This document shows positions 28,065 through 36,692 of a stretch of 64,000 nucleotides of DNA, one piece after another (position 1 is the first letter of the stretch; each line of letters begins with the position of its first letter). Position numbers and translations under genes: made by a program. Source of the DNA: Clostridia bacterium (GTDB lineage Bacteria > Bacillota > Clostridia > Oscillospirales > CAG-272); NCBI GenBank assembly GCA_017428635.1, contig JAFRQK010000025.1, forward strand, positions 2,423-66,422. Direction: 5' to 3'. The notes under the pieces were generated by a model. It was given only the letters and a program-made list of their open reading frames with translations. It was not told the DNA's origin and did not search any database.

Positions 28065-29231
28065 ATGGCAGAATTCAGATCGCTTGCGGAATATCTCGAC
28101 GAACTCGCAAAAAAGTCCGACCCGGGAAACGAGTGTATCGTCACGGTCGGACACGAAGAAGTTTTCAGACACCGCGCGGGATACGCCGACGCGGAATCGA
28201 AAAAGCCGATCGCGGGGGACGAGCTTTACTATATGTGGTCCGTCTCGAAGGTCGCGACGAGCGCGGCGTTCATGACGCTCGTCGAGAGCGGCGCCGTATC
28301 GCTCGACGATCCGGTCAGCAAATACATTCCCGAGTTCGGATCGATGAAGCGGTTCTCGGACGGAGGGTACGTCCCGGTCAGGACGGAAATGACGCTTTAT
28401 CATCTGATCACGATGACGTCGGGTCTATCTTACGACTCGGATTTCGCCGCGCTTGCCGCGATGAAGAAAGATCCCGAAAATCATTGTTTCACCCTTGACG
28501 TGGCGCGGGCGACCGGATCGAAGATACTCTCTTTCGAGCCGGGTCAGGCGTGGCTGTACGGTCTTTCGCACGATATTATCGCCGCGGTCTGCGAAGTCGC
28601 GTCGGGGATGCGATTCTCTGATCTCGTAAAGGCAAAGGTGTTTGATCCGCTCGGAATGAAGGATTCGACTTTCCATCCGATCCCGGAAGAGGACAAAGCC
28701 CGGATGGCGACCCAGTACCGTTACGACTGGGACAGAAAGATCAGGGTCCGCACGAACAACACGAACGGGTTCATCTTCGGCGACGAATACGAGAGCGGCG
28801 GCGCCGGGCTCGTCTCGACGGCGTCCGACTGTTCCCTTCTCGCCGAGGCGCTCGCGAACGGGGGCGAAGGCAGAAACGGGGTCAGGATCCTGAAAAAAGA
28901 GACTGTCGACGATATGAGGCGCAACCGCCTCACCCCGGAACTCATAACGAGCAAGGGATTCCGCGAGTTCCACTACCTTAAAGGTTACGGCTACGGTCTG
29001 GGCGTCAGGGTCATGATAAACCCGCACGGGATCAGGGACGGATACGCCGTTCCCGGCGAGTTCGGCTGGGACGGAGCCGCCGGCGCGGTCCTTATCGCCG
29101 ACCCGGTGAACAAGGTCTCTCTGTTTTACGTTCGTCACATGCTCGAGGGAGAAACGGCGCTTGAAGATCTCAGAAAACGGATGTACGAAGGACTCTTCGA
29201 GGCGGGGATCATCGAGAAAAAAGAATATTAA
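28065..29231 (+). CDS. serine hydrolase, beta-lactamase/class-C-like (PBP4*-type) family
   Basis: S-x-x-K motif in YYMWSVSKVATSAAFMTLVESG; 388 aa. Confidence 0.8.
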   Translation: MAEFRSLAEYLDELAKKSDPGNECIVTVGHEEVFRHRAGYADAESKKPIAGDELYYMWSVSKVATSAAFMTLVESGAVSLDDPVSKYIPEFGSMKRFSDGGYVPVRTEMTLYHLITMTSGLSYDSDFAALAAMKKDPENHCFTLDVARATGSKILSFEPGQAWLYGLSHDIIAAVCEVASGMRFSDLVKAKVFDPLGMKDSTFHPIPEEDKARMATQYRYDWDRKIRVRTNNTNGFIFGDEYESGGAGLVSTASDCSLLAEALANGGEGRNGVRILKKETVDDMRRNRLTPELITSKGFREFHYLKGYGYGLGVRVMINPHGIRDGYAVPGEFGWDGAAGAVLIADPVNKVSLFYVRHMLEGETALEDLRKRMYEGLFEAGIIEKKEY

Positions 29232-29242
29232 CGGGTAAGCAC

Positions 29243-29272
29243 TTGACTTATCTCCCCGGCGCGGGGTATCAT
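29243..29272 (+). promoter_or_regulatory. candidate promoter for rubrerythrin
   Basis: TTGACT (29243-29248), an 18-nt spacer containing the small palindrome CCCCGGCGCGGGG, then TATCAT (29267-29272). Confidence 0.4.
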
Positions 29273-29303
29273 AATGATGAAACCAAAAAAAGGAGGAACG
29301 ATC

Positions 29304-29948
29304 ATGGCATATTTCAAGTGTGAGATCTGCGGGGAGGTCTTCTCCGCGGAATCGGCCGAGGCCGCCGTCTGCCCGAAGTGCCGGGCGACGGGAGACAAAC
29401 TGACTGAAATGAAGAACAGATACGAGGGTACGAAGACCGAAAAGAACCTCGAGGCGGCTTTCGCGGGAGAGTCGCAGGCGAGAAACAAGTACACGTACTT
29501 CGCGTCGAAGGCGAAAAAAGAGGGATTCGAGCAGATAGCCGCTCTGTTCCTCAAGACCGCCGAGAATGAGAAGGAACACGCGAAACTGTGGTTCAAGGAA
29601 CTCGAGGGCATCGGATCGACCGCCGAAAACCTCGGCGCAGCCGCCGACGGCGAGAACTACGAGTGGACCGATATGTACGAGACGTTCGCCAAAGAGGCGG
29701 AGGAAGAGGGCTTTGCCGATCTCGCCGCTAAGTTCCGCGGCGTCGCCGCCATCGAACGCCACCACGAGGAACGCTACCGCGCGCTGCTGCGCAACGTCGA
29801 AGCGCAGGAAGTGTTCGCAAAGAGCGAAGTCAAGGTTTGGGAGTGCCGCAACTGCGGTCACATCGTCGTGGGCACGAACGCCCCCGAGATCTGCCCCGTC
29901 TGCGCTCACCCGCAGTCCTACTTCGAGATCAACGCGGAGAATTATTAA
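29304..29948 (+). CDS. rubrerythrin with an extra N-terminal CxxC...CxxC domain and a C-terminal rubredoxin-like domain
   Basis: [10 protein letters not shown]...CPKCRA (N-terminal Cys4), a ferritin-like core ([23 protein letters not shown]...EKEHAKLW...EERYRALL), and a C-terminal CRNCGH...CPVCAHP. The start at ATG 29304 is preceded by AAAGGAGGA. Confidence 0.9.
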   Translation: MAYFKCEICGEVFSAESAEAAVCPKCRATGDKLTEMKNRYEGTKTEKNLEAAFAGESQARNKYTYFASKAKKEGFEQIAALFLKTAENEKEHAKLWFKELEGIGSTAENLGAAADGENYEWTDMYETFAKEAEEEGFADLAAKFRGVAAIERHHEERYRALLRNVEAQEVFAKSEVKVWECRNCGHIVVGTNAPEICPVCAHPQSYFEINAENY

Positions 29949-29950
29949 TC

Positions 29951-30030
29951 AATTCGGGGGGACTTTTTGAAAAAAGTCCCCCCGAACCCCCGAAAAACTT
30001 TACTAAAAGGGTGCGAAATACTTCGCGCCC
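29951..30030 (+). repeat. REP-like double-hairpin element, copy 1 (also a likely bidirectional terminator between rubrerythrin and the XRE gene)
   Basis: AATTCGGGGGGACTTTTTGAAAAAAGTCCCCCCGAACCCCCGAAAAACTTTACTAAAAGGGTGCGAAATACTTCGCGCCC. It is about 90% identical by hand alignment to 31178-31258. Confidence 0.8.
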
Positions 30031-30037
30031 GTGTTTT

Positions 30038-31021
30038 TTATACGCACAATGGGTGATCAAAATATCTCTTCATCACGTCGTACAGCGCGGCGTCGTTCTC
30101 CGATGCCGTCCTGACGTCTTCAAGCGCCGCGATGCATTTTTCACGGATACGGTCGACGTCTTCTTCCGTCCCTCCGCGGGTTTTGCGGAAGCACAGATCG
30201 TTATGCAGCCGCGCGAAGATCGACCTCGCCTCGACCAGATAATACGCCTCGCGCATCTCACGTCCGATCCGCAGCGCCTCATCCCCGAACGACTCGAGCT
30301 TTTTCACCATTTCGCCGTACGGTATTCCGGCGTCGAAGAAATACGATTTTACGAGCTTGTCGGCGGCAAACAAGGAAAGTTCGTACATATTTCTGCGTAC
30401 CCAGTACAAAAACTCCGGGGTGTCCTTTCCGAAAAGCTGCTCGATCTTCTGTCCTCCGGTCTGGTACCAGTTCGTGAACTTGCCGGCGTAGATCTTGATC
30501 GCCTCGTCGGTTTTACCCTCGGCGTGAAGGATCTTCGCCTTCATATTCCACGCGTCCAGACGCGCTCTTTCCCACGTGCAGCCTTCTATGAGTTTTTCGC
30601 AGATGGAGAGGAATTCCTCTTTGTGAGCCAGGAGAACGGACGGATCGTTCTCGGCGTAACCGTTCGCGATATGCCACATATACGCGTCCATGACCTGATA
30701 GTCGTTCGGATAATCGCGGTACGCGTCGGTAATTATCTGCTGCGCCTTTGACCTGTCCGTCATGGCGGCTTTTCCGTATTCCTCCAGGATCCTTTCGATA
30801 TCCTCGTTGACCTTCTCCTTGTCGTACCCCATCAACTCGTCGAGCGAAACGTCAAAATAGAATGCAAGCGGCCCGAGCATGGTAATATCGGGGAACGATT
30901 CGCCGCGCTCCCACTTGCTTACCGACGCGCTCGTGACGTTCATCGCATCTGCAAGCCGTTCCTGCGTTACGCCCTTTTCGGTGCGAAGACGCTTGATATT
31001 CTCTCCGATCATGATTCTCAT
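30038..31021 (-). CDS. XRE-family helix-turn-helix transcriptional regulator with a helical-repeat (TPR-like) C-terminal domain
   Basis: N-terminal HTH_3: IGENIKRLRTEKGVTQERLADAMNVTSASVSKWERGESFPDITMLGPLAFYFDVSLDELMG. About 260 aa of helical repeat-like sequence follow. Confidence 0.8.
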   Translation of the reverse strand: MRIMIGENIKRLRTEKGVTQERLADAMNVTSASVSKWERGESFPDITMLGPLAFYFDVSLDELMGYDKEKVNEDIERILEEYGKAAMTDRSKAQQIITDAYRDYPNDYQVMDAYMWHIANGYAENDPSVLLAHKEEFLSICEKLIEGCTWERARLDAWNMKAKILHAEGKTDEAIKIYAGKFTNWYQTGGQKIEQLFGKDTPEFLYWVRRNMYELSLFAADKLVKSYFFDAGIPYGEMVKKLESFGDEALRIGREMREAYYLVEARSIFARLHNDLCFRKTRGGTEEDVDRIREKCIAALEDVRTASENDAALYDVMKRYFDHPLCV

Positions 31022-31177
31022 ATAAATTCCTCCGCTTTTTTTTGAAACCGACGTCCGTTTCTGCTTTTATTATAGCATTTCCCCTCCGGAAAAACAGATA
31101 CCGTTCGGAAAGTGCGATTCAACCGCAGGTTTATTTTTTTGACTTTCGCGCCGTTTCGCGGCATGGAGGATAATGAT

Positions 31178-31258
31178 AATTCGGGGAAACTTTTTGAAAA
31201 AAGTTCCCCCGTACCCCCTCAAAAACTTTACTAAAAGGGCGCGAAATACTTCGCGCCC
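31178..31258 (+). repeat. REP-like double-hairpin element, copy 2
   Basis: AATTCGGGGAAACTTTTTGAAAAAAGTTCCCCCGTACCCCCTCAAAAACTTTACTAAAAGGGCGCGAAATACTTCGCGCCC. It has the same orientation as copy 1. In hairpin 1, a G-C pair in copy 1 is A-T in copy 2. Confidence 0.8.
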
Positions 31259-31261
31259 GAC

Positions 31262-31520
31262 ATTTTTTTTGGGACTTTTGCGGTTCGACCGTCGTTTCCT
31301 GAGGAGATCCTTCGACTTCGGTCTTCGACCTTCGCTCAGGATGACACAATAAACACAATGTTATTCTGAAAATCGCGTAATAGCCGCTCTGTAAGGTGCG
31401 GATGCCTGAGAGGCATCCCTACAGTCGCATATGAAGTTTTCGGTCAACATAAATAATAGTCTGTAGGGGCGTCTCGCAGACGCCCGTACCTTAGTAGGTC
31501 CCCGCGCCCGCAGGCGCATT
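31262..31520. repeat. cluster of short GC-rich hairpins in an AT-rich non-coding stretch
   Basis: GGATGCCTGAGAGGCATCC (31401-31419), GGGCGTCTCGCAGACGCCC (31467-31485) and GCGCCCGCAGGCGC (31504-31517). There is no convincing ORF; the track ORF 31131..31358 translates repeat DNA. Confidence 0.5.
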
Positions 31521-31570
31521 TATTTAAACAATCCGTAGCCTCCGTGAAAGACAGACAGATTCTTTATATT

Positions 31571-32653
31571 TTACTGTTCGATTATCAATCCGGAAGCAAT
31601 ATCGAGGATCACGGTCTTCTCCTCCGAGCCGTTCTCGCCGCAGTAGTACGTCACGCTGATCTGATCGGAGTCGATAAACTCCGCGGACTTGACCGCAGTG
31701 AGATACGCCGGGCGAACCGTCATTCCGTCCGGCGAGAACTCGAGGGACAGTTCCCTCGCGTCGAACGCGTTGCGGACGACGATTTTCTCTGAACCGGAAT
31801 CATAAAAACAAATAATCTCGTCCCGGTAACAGTTGACTGCGTAGAAGACCCTCGACAGGGCGTCCCTCTCAAAACTGTAATACTGATACGCTTTGAATAT
31901 CTCGCCGCTCCCGAAATCGCGTTTCAGGGCGAGTCCCCCGTCGTTCGTTTCGGTCACCTCAGGCGGCGCGAAAAGAAAGTCTTCGTATGATACGACAACT
32001 TTACCGTTCTTGTCGTACAAACTCACGGTATAGTTCGTCTTTCCGCCCTTGCTCTCGACAAGCCAGTGATCACCGGCATCCGAAAATCCGGAGGGTTCGC
32101 TTTGCGCATCGGAATCGGCAGCGGAAATATCAAACGTTTCCTCGATTTTGGTATAGTCGTCCCCCGAGAGGTAAGTCACCGTGACACGAGCTCCGTCTTC
32201 CGACAGTTCCGCCGAAACGAACGGCTCAACCGAATCGGACAACTCATGCGAGAACGTGTCGATCACGATCTCCGCTCCCTCGTCAAAAATACTACGGACC
32301 GTTATTCCGTCCGACGATCCCAAAACGGCGAGTTTATCCGTATGACAGAGAACGTACGTGAACGGCGTGGACGTCTCGCCCGTCTGAGCGTTCAGAAAGA
32401 GCGTATATCTTGTAGCCGCGCTCGCGCCTGCGTTCCACGAAAAAACGGTCAGTGCGCCGTCCGTCTTTTCAACTTTGATTTCTTTCGGCTGATCCGTGCT
32501 GAACTGTTCCCTGCCTTCAGCGTCAAAGATAACGAGATGATATACGCCGTCGTCGCCGCGCGTCAGTTTATACGGCTCATTCTCATTTGAACACGAGATC
32601 AGAACAAAAAGCAAAGACAGAACTATTGATAATAATACAACCGCTTTTTTCAT
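31571..32653 (-). CDS. lipoprotein of unknown function with two homologous tandem domains
   Basis: Start at ATG 32653 (MKKAVVLLSIVLSLLFVLISC, lipobox LISC), preceded by GGAG. The two halves align by eye (...ITVRSIFDEGAEIVIDTF...ARVTVTYLSGDDYTKIEETFDIS versus ...IVVRNAFDARELSLEFS...DQISVTYYCGENGSEEKTVILDIAS). Confidence 0.7.
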   Translation of the reverse strand: MKKAVVLLSIVLSLLFVLISCSNENEPYKLTRGDDGVYHLVIFDAEGREQFSTDQPKEIKVEKTDGALTVFSWNAGASAATRYTLFLNAQTGETSTPFTYVLCHTDKLAVLGSSDGITVRSIFDEGAEIVIDTFSHELSDSVEPFVSAELSEDGARVTVTYLSGDDYTKIEETFDISAADSDAQSEPSGFSDAGDHWLVESKGGKTNYTVSLYDKNGKVVVSYEDFLFAPPEVTETNDGGLALKRDFGSGEIFKAYQYYSFERDALSRVFYAVNCYRDEIICFYDSGSEKIVVRNAFDARELSLEFSPDGMTVRPAYLTAVKSAEFIDSDQISVTYYCGENGSEEKTVILDIASGLIIEQ

Positions 32654-32672
32654 CCGTTCACTCCACATTTTT

Positions 32673-32704
32673 AATTGTCCATTGTCAATTGTCAATTGTC
32701 AATT
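32673..32704. repeat. tandem heptanucleotide repeat (AATTGTC on plus = GACAATT/TTGACAA on minus), about 4.5 units
   Basis: AATTGTC CATTGTC AATTGTC AATTGTC AATTAG. It abuts the bcp stop codon (32703-32705) and lies 20-50 nt upstream of the lipoprotein start. Confidence 0.85.
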
Positions 32705-33161
32705 AGAGCGCGGCGAGGATCTCCTCGGCGTTCGTGTCCGGTTTGACCTTGTTCATGACGCGCTCGATCACGCCGTCACCGTCGATGACGAACGTGGTGC
32801 GGACGACGCCGAACGTCGTCTTGCCGTACAGCTTTTTCTCCTGCCAGACGCCGTACGCCTTTATCGCCGTGAGCTCGGGGTCGGAGAGGATGATGAACGG
32901 CAGGCCGAATTTCTCCGCGAACTTGACGTGCGACGCCGCGCTGTCGCGGCTGACGCCGATCACCTCGACGCCGCGCTTTTTGAACTCGCCGTAATGCGCC
33001 GAGAACGCGCACGCCTGTCTCGTGCATCCCGGAGTGTTGTCTTTCGGATAGAAGTACAGCACTATTTTTTTGCCCCTGAAATCGGAGAGCGACACTTCGC
33101 GCCCGTCCTTGTCGGGCAGAGTGAAGTCGGGGGCCTTCATTCCTTTTTCGAGCATTTTCAT
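32703..33161 (-). CDS. bcp: thioredoxin-dependent thiol peroxidase (peroxiredoxin Bcp)
   Basis: ...[17 protein letters not shown]... peroxidatic Cys motif; 152 aa. Confidence 0.9.
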   Translation of the reverse strand: MKMLEKGMKAPDFTLPDKDGREVSLSDFRGKKIVLYFYPKDNTPGCTRQACAFSAHYGEFKKRGVEVIGVSRDSAASHVKFAEKFGLPFIILSDPELTAIKAYGVWQEKKLYGKTTFGVVRTTFVIDGDGVIERVMNKVKPDTNAEEILAAL

Positions 33162-34201
33162 TTACCTCCGTTCAGAACGTACTCGCAAAGGAGCAGATAC
33201 GTGTTCCTCAGTCCGTCGATATGAGTTCTCTCATATCCGTGACTGTTTGCCGTGCCCGGGCCGATCGCGCCGTGGCGCAGATCGTAGCCCGCGACGAGCG
33301 CAGGATCGCAGTCGGTGCCGTAGTGCGGCGTGAAGATATCGGTGACGCAGTCCGCTCCGGCGCGCTCCGCCGCCGCGAGCAGTTCCCTCTTCATCCCCGC
33401 GTGGTACGGGAAGCGAGAATCCTTCGCGAAGACGGAGACTTTCCTCTCGTCGGAGTTCTGGTCCGGCCCCGTGGGGGCGATGTCGACCGCGAGGATGTCG
33501 ACCGCGTCGACGGGGAGCGTCACCGTTCCGTGACCGATCTCCTCGTACATCGCGAAATAGAAATACGTCTTTCTCGCGGGGACGGCCCCCTCCTCTTTCA
33601 TATTCTTCATCAGCGTCAAGAGAACGGAAGCGCTCGCCTTGTCGTCGATGAATCTCGATTTGATATACCCGTCCGAGACGGTCATGCGCGGCTCGAGCGC
33701 GATGAAGTCGCCCGTTTTGACGCCGAGCGCCGCTACGTCGTCCGCACACTTCACCGGTCGGTCGAGAACGACGCAGACGTTTTTCCGGAAATCGCCGGGG
33801 GTATCGCGCAGCTCCTCCTCGGTCACGTGGATCGAGTTCGGCGTCCGGCAGACCGTGCCCGTGATCACGTCGCCGGAGTCGGTATAGACCCTGACGTTCT
33901 CCGTGACGCAGTAGAACGGATACAGACCGCCGACCGGGCACACGTTCAGCGTGCCGTCGGAGTTCACGTGGCGGACCATGAGCCCGATGTCGTCCAGATG
34001 CGCCGTTACGACGAGCGCGTCGCCCTCTCCGCCGAGATCGACGATCACGCCGCCCTTTCTCGTCCTTTTGTACGGATATCCCATCCCGTCGAGAATACCG
34101 CAGAGCGCGTCCTCGATCATCTCGTACTGACCCGTCGTGCTGTCGACCCCGAGGAGCGTCCGGAACGTGTCAAGACAGTATTTTTCGTCAAATGAAAGCA
34201 T
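33158..34201 (-). CDS. M42 family metallopeptidase (glutamyl aminopeptidase / FrvX-like)
   Basis: ...[15 protein letters not shown]..., ...FIDDKASA..., ...YEEIGHGT... metal-ligand motifs; 347 aa. Confidence 0.85.
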   Translation of the reverse strand: MLSFDEKYCLDTFRTLLGVDSTTGQYEMIEDALCGILDGMGYPYKRTRKGGVIVDLGGEGDALVVTAHLDDIGLMVRHVNSDGTLNVCPVGGLYPFYCVTENVRVYTDSGDVITGTVCRTPNSIHVTEEELRDTPGDFRKNVCVVLDRPVKCADDVAALGVKTGDFIALEPRMTVSDGYIKSRFIDDKASASVLLTLMKNMKEEGAVPARKTYFYFAMYEEIGHGTVTLPVDAVDILAVDIAPTGPDQNSDERKVSVFAKDSRFPYHAGMKRELLAAAERAGADCVTDIFTPHYGTDCDPALVAGYDLRHGAIGPGTANSHGYERTHIDGLRNTYLLLCEYVLNGGK

Positions 34202-34334
34202 TTCAAAACCTCCGGTCTCTTTCTCTTTTCAAGTAATATTCTACCATATCGTAAAGCCGTTTTTCCATTGACAGATGATAAAATTTTCGGCGCGCCGTTT
34301 GTTGAAAATCAACGAGGGAGGCGTCCTCCCGGAA

Positions 34335-34363
34335 TTGACAAGGACCTGCTTTTAAGGTATAAT
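34335..34363 (+). promoter_or_regulatory. consensus sigma-70 promoter for the lipid kinase gene
   Basis: TTGACA (34335-34340), a 17-nt spacer, then TATAAT (34358-34363). Confidence 0.65.
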
Positions 34364-34397
34364 TAGGAAGATAAATATTCTACCGGAGGACGGCGCG

Positions 34398-35285
34398 GTG
34401 AGAGAGATCACGATCCTCAACCCCACGGCGGGAAAAGGCAGAGCGGAAGGCGAGAACTGCTACGTGACGAAAGACGCAGGCGACTGCAGACGGTTCGTCA
34501 GAGAAGAATGTGAAAAAGACCCCTTCGTGCATTTCAACGTCGTAGGCGGAGACGGAACGCTGAACGAGGCTGTCTCCGGGATCATGGACGCCCGGGCGGA
34601 AGGGACGGCCTGTGTCACCGCGATACCGTGCGGATCGGGCAACGACACCGTCAAGACGACCGACACGTACGAGCCGGGCACAGAGCTCGCCGTCGATCTG
34701 ATCACGGCAGCAGACGGGATATACTCGATCAACATGATCAACATCGGCTTCGACTGCAACGTTGTCGAGCGCGCCGGACGGTACAAGAAAATAAAGGGCG
34801 TGTCGGGCAATTTCTCGTACATACTCGGAGTGATGAGAGAGTTCTTCAGCAAGTTCGGCGTGCGGTTTACAATCAGGGCGGAGCTTGAGGACGGCTCGGA
34901 GTTTGAGTTCGACGAGGACGCGCTTCTGTGCGCCGTCGCGAACGGCCAGTGGTGCGGCGGAAGCTTCCACAACTCGCCGATGTCGGATATGACGGACGGA
35001 ACGGTCGAGATGATCCTCGTCCGCAAGATGAGCCGTCTCAACTTTATCAGGATGATCGGCCACTACAAAAAAGGGACGCTGATCTCGGCGGAGCACGACG
35101 GCGTCATGCCGAAATACCGCGACTTTGTGATATTCAAGAGAATTAAGAAAATGACGATCTCCGGATGCCGTCAGATCTGCACGGACGGAGAGGTGTTCCC
35201 GTGCGAGAGGGCCGAGATCGGCATCGCGCGGGGCGCGATAAAGTATATAGTCGGCGGGGCGCGAAAAGTTCCCGAGACCGTTTGA
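34398..35285 (+). CDS. diacylglycerol/lipid kinase family protein (YegS/DagK-like)
   Basis: ...ILNPTAGKG... and ...VVGGDGTLNEAVSG... motifs. GTG start. Confidence 0.85.
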   Translation: MREITILNPTAGKGRAEGENCYVTKDAGDCRRFVREECEKDPFVHFNVVGGDGTLNEAVSGIMDARAEGTACVTAIPCGSGNDTVKTTDTYEPGTELAVDLITAADGIYSINMINIGFDCNVVERAGRYKKIKGVSGNFSYILGVMREFFSKFGVRFTIRAELEDGSEFEFDEDALLCAVANGQWCGGSFHNSPMSDMTDGTVEMILVRKMSRLNFIRMIGHYKKGTLISAEHDGVMPKYRDFVIFKRIKKMTISGCRQICTDGEVFPCERAEIGIARGAIKYIVGGARKVPETV

Positions 35286-35302
35286 TATAAGGAGACCGAA
35301 AA

Positions 35303-36472
35303 ATGAGTTACAAAACGAGATGCGAGAGATGTACTGACGCCGATCTTGAGGAAGTGACGAAGTTTGCGACGGGCGTGTTCGACGTCGATTTCGAGCATTA
35401 TCTGCCGTTCATATACGCAAAGGATTCGGGCAAAGGCCACGAGCACCTCGTCGTCCGCGAGGACGGGCAGATCGCCGCGGCGGTCCTGAACAGTCCCGTG
35501 ACGCTGCGCGTCGGGGACGTCGATATCCTGACGCACGGGGTGGGGACGGTCTGCGTGAGAGAGGAGAGCCGCGGGCGCGGATATATGAGCGATATGCTGG
35601 CCGAGTGTCTGATCGAATCGTCAGAGCAGGGCGCGGTCCTCTCGATCCTCAGCGGTCAGAGACAGAGATACGGATACTACGGATACGCCCTCACCGGGAT
35701 CTTCGCGAACCACCGGTTCGGAGAGTCATCGGTCCGCCACGAATGCGGCGAGGGTCCCTCGAAATATACCGTCAGAAAGGCGGAGGACTCCGACGCCGGA
35801 ACGCTCGACGCGATCATGAGGACGGCGCCGATATATCCGCTCCGCAGGGCGGAGGATTTCGTCACGATCCTGAAGCACGACTACCGCGCGGGCTACCTCG
35901 TTTTCGACGGTGACCGTGCCGTCGGGTATTTCGTCGTCGGCGACAGCGAGAACCAGATCTCGGAGCTCGTTCTCGTCCCCGGAGCGTCGGTAAAAGATTT
36001 CCTGCTCGCGTTCCGCGAAATGCGCGGCGACGAATTCTGGATCGAGGGCAACGTCTTCGACGTTGAACTGAAAAGAGAACTCACCACTCTGTGCTCCGAC
36101 TGGTCGTACTACGGCGGCGCGTCGGTCGCGATCCTCGACTTCCCGAAAATGCTGAACGCGTACGGCGGCCTCGGCTGCGGCCTCGGCCTCATCCCGGACG
36201 GGGAGTTCACGATCGGGATAGAGAGCCATCCGTTCTTCGACGAGATCGGTATCTCCCGCGAGGGCGTCACCCACGGGACGTTCGGGATCTCGGTAAAAGA
36301 CGGCAAATTCAGGGCGGAGCCCACGGACAAAAATCCCGATATCGCCCTGCCCTATCTGCGCGCGGCGGAATATCTCTTCACCCCTGCGCCGCTCTGGTAT
36401 CCCGACTCGCCCAAAGGGGCGAGGGCGGTTTTGCCGATACCGTTCTTCTATCCGTCGCAGGATAAAGTATAA
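35303..36472 (+). CDS. GNAT family acetyltransferase, Eis-like three-domain architecture (inferred)
   Basis: GNAT core ...VCVREESRGRGYMSDMLAECL... followed by about 250 more residues, a length typical of Eis-like proteins. Confidence 0.6.
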   Translation: MSYKTRCERCTDADLEEVTKFATGVFDVDFEHYLPFIYAKDSGKGHEHLVVREDGQIAAAVLNSPVTLRVGDVDILTHGVGTVCVREESRGRGYMSDMLAECLIESSEQGAVLSILSGQRQRYGYYGYALTGIFANHRFGESSVRHECGEGPSKYTVRKAEDSDAGTLDAIMRTAPIYPLRRAEDFVTILKHDYRAGYLVFDGDRAVGYFVVGDSENQISELVLVPGASVKDFLLAFREMRGDEFWIEGNVFDVELKRELTTLCSDWSYYGGASVAILDFPKMLNAYGGLGCGLGLIPDGEFTIGIESHPFFDEIGISREGVTHGTFGISVKDGKFRAEPTDKNPDIALPYLRAAEYLFTPAPLWYPDSPKGARAVLPIPFFYPSQDKV

Positions 36473-36475
36473 TAA

Positions 36476-36514
36476 AAAGGCGGTCCCGCGCAAGGCGGGA
36501 CCGTTCTTTCTTTT
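36476..36514 (+). terminator. rho-independent terminator
   Basis: CGGTCCCGC (36481-36489) / GCGGGACCG (36495-36503) stem followed by TTCTTTCTTTT. Confidence 0.7.
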
Positions 36515-36692
36515 CCCCGGAGAAAAGACCTCCGGGGTTATGCAGCCTGAATTTGCAAGTCGTTTTTGACGTATGCGCGGCGAGATGATCAAGTCACAGC
36601 GATATGATGATCATGTCAAAAAACGAAACGCGTCTTATTCAGACTTTATGAGGTGAAAATTAAGTCAATTATGACCGCGAGTCGCGGTAAGG

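Noticed and set aside
30038-31021. The XRE-HTH plus TPR-like regulator could be an RNPP-type peptide quorum-sensing receptor.
   Set aside because: I found no small secreted-peptide ORF with an RBS next to it; the flanks are repeat DNA. The C-terminal repeats cannot be assigned to the RNPP fold by eye. It is kept as a generic XRE-family regulator.
31131-31358. A 75-aa ORF (MCLLCHPERRSKTEVEGSP...).
   Set aside because: It is a translation of the REP-like double-hairpin repeat and adjacent palindromic DNA. It has no RBS and no coding character.
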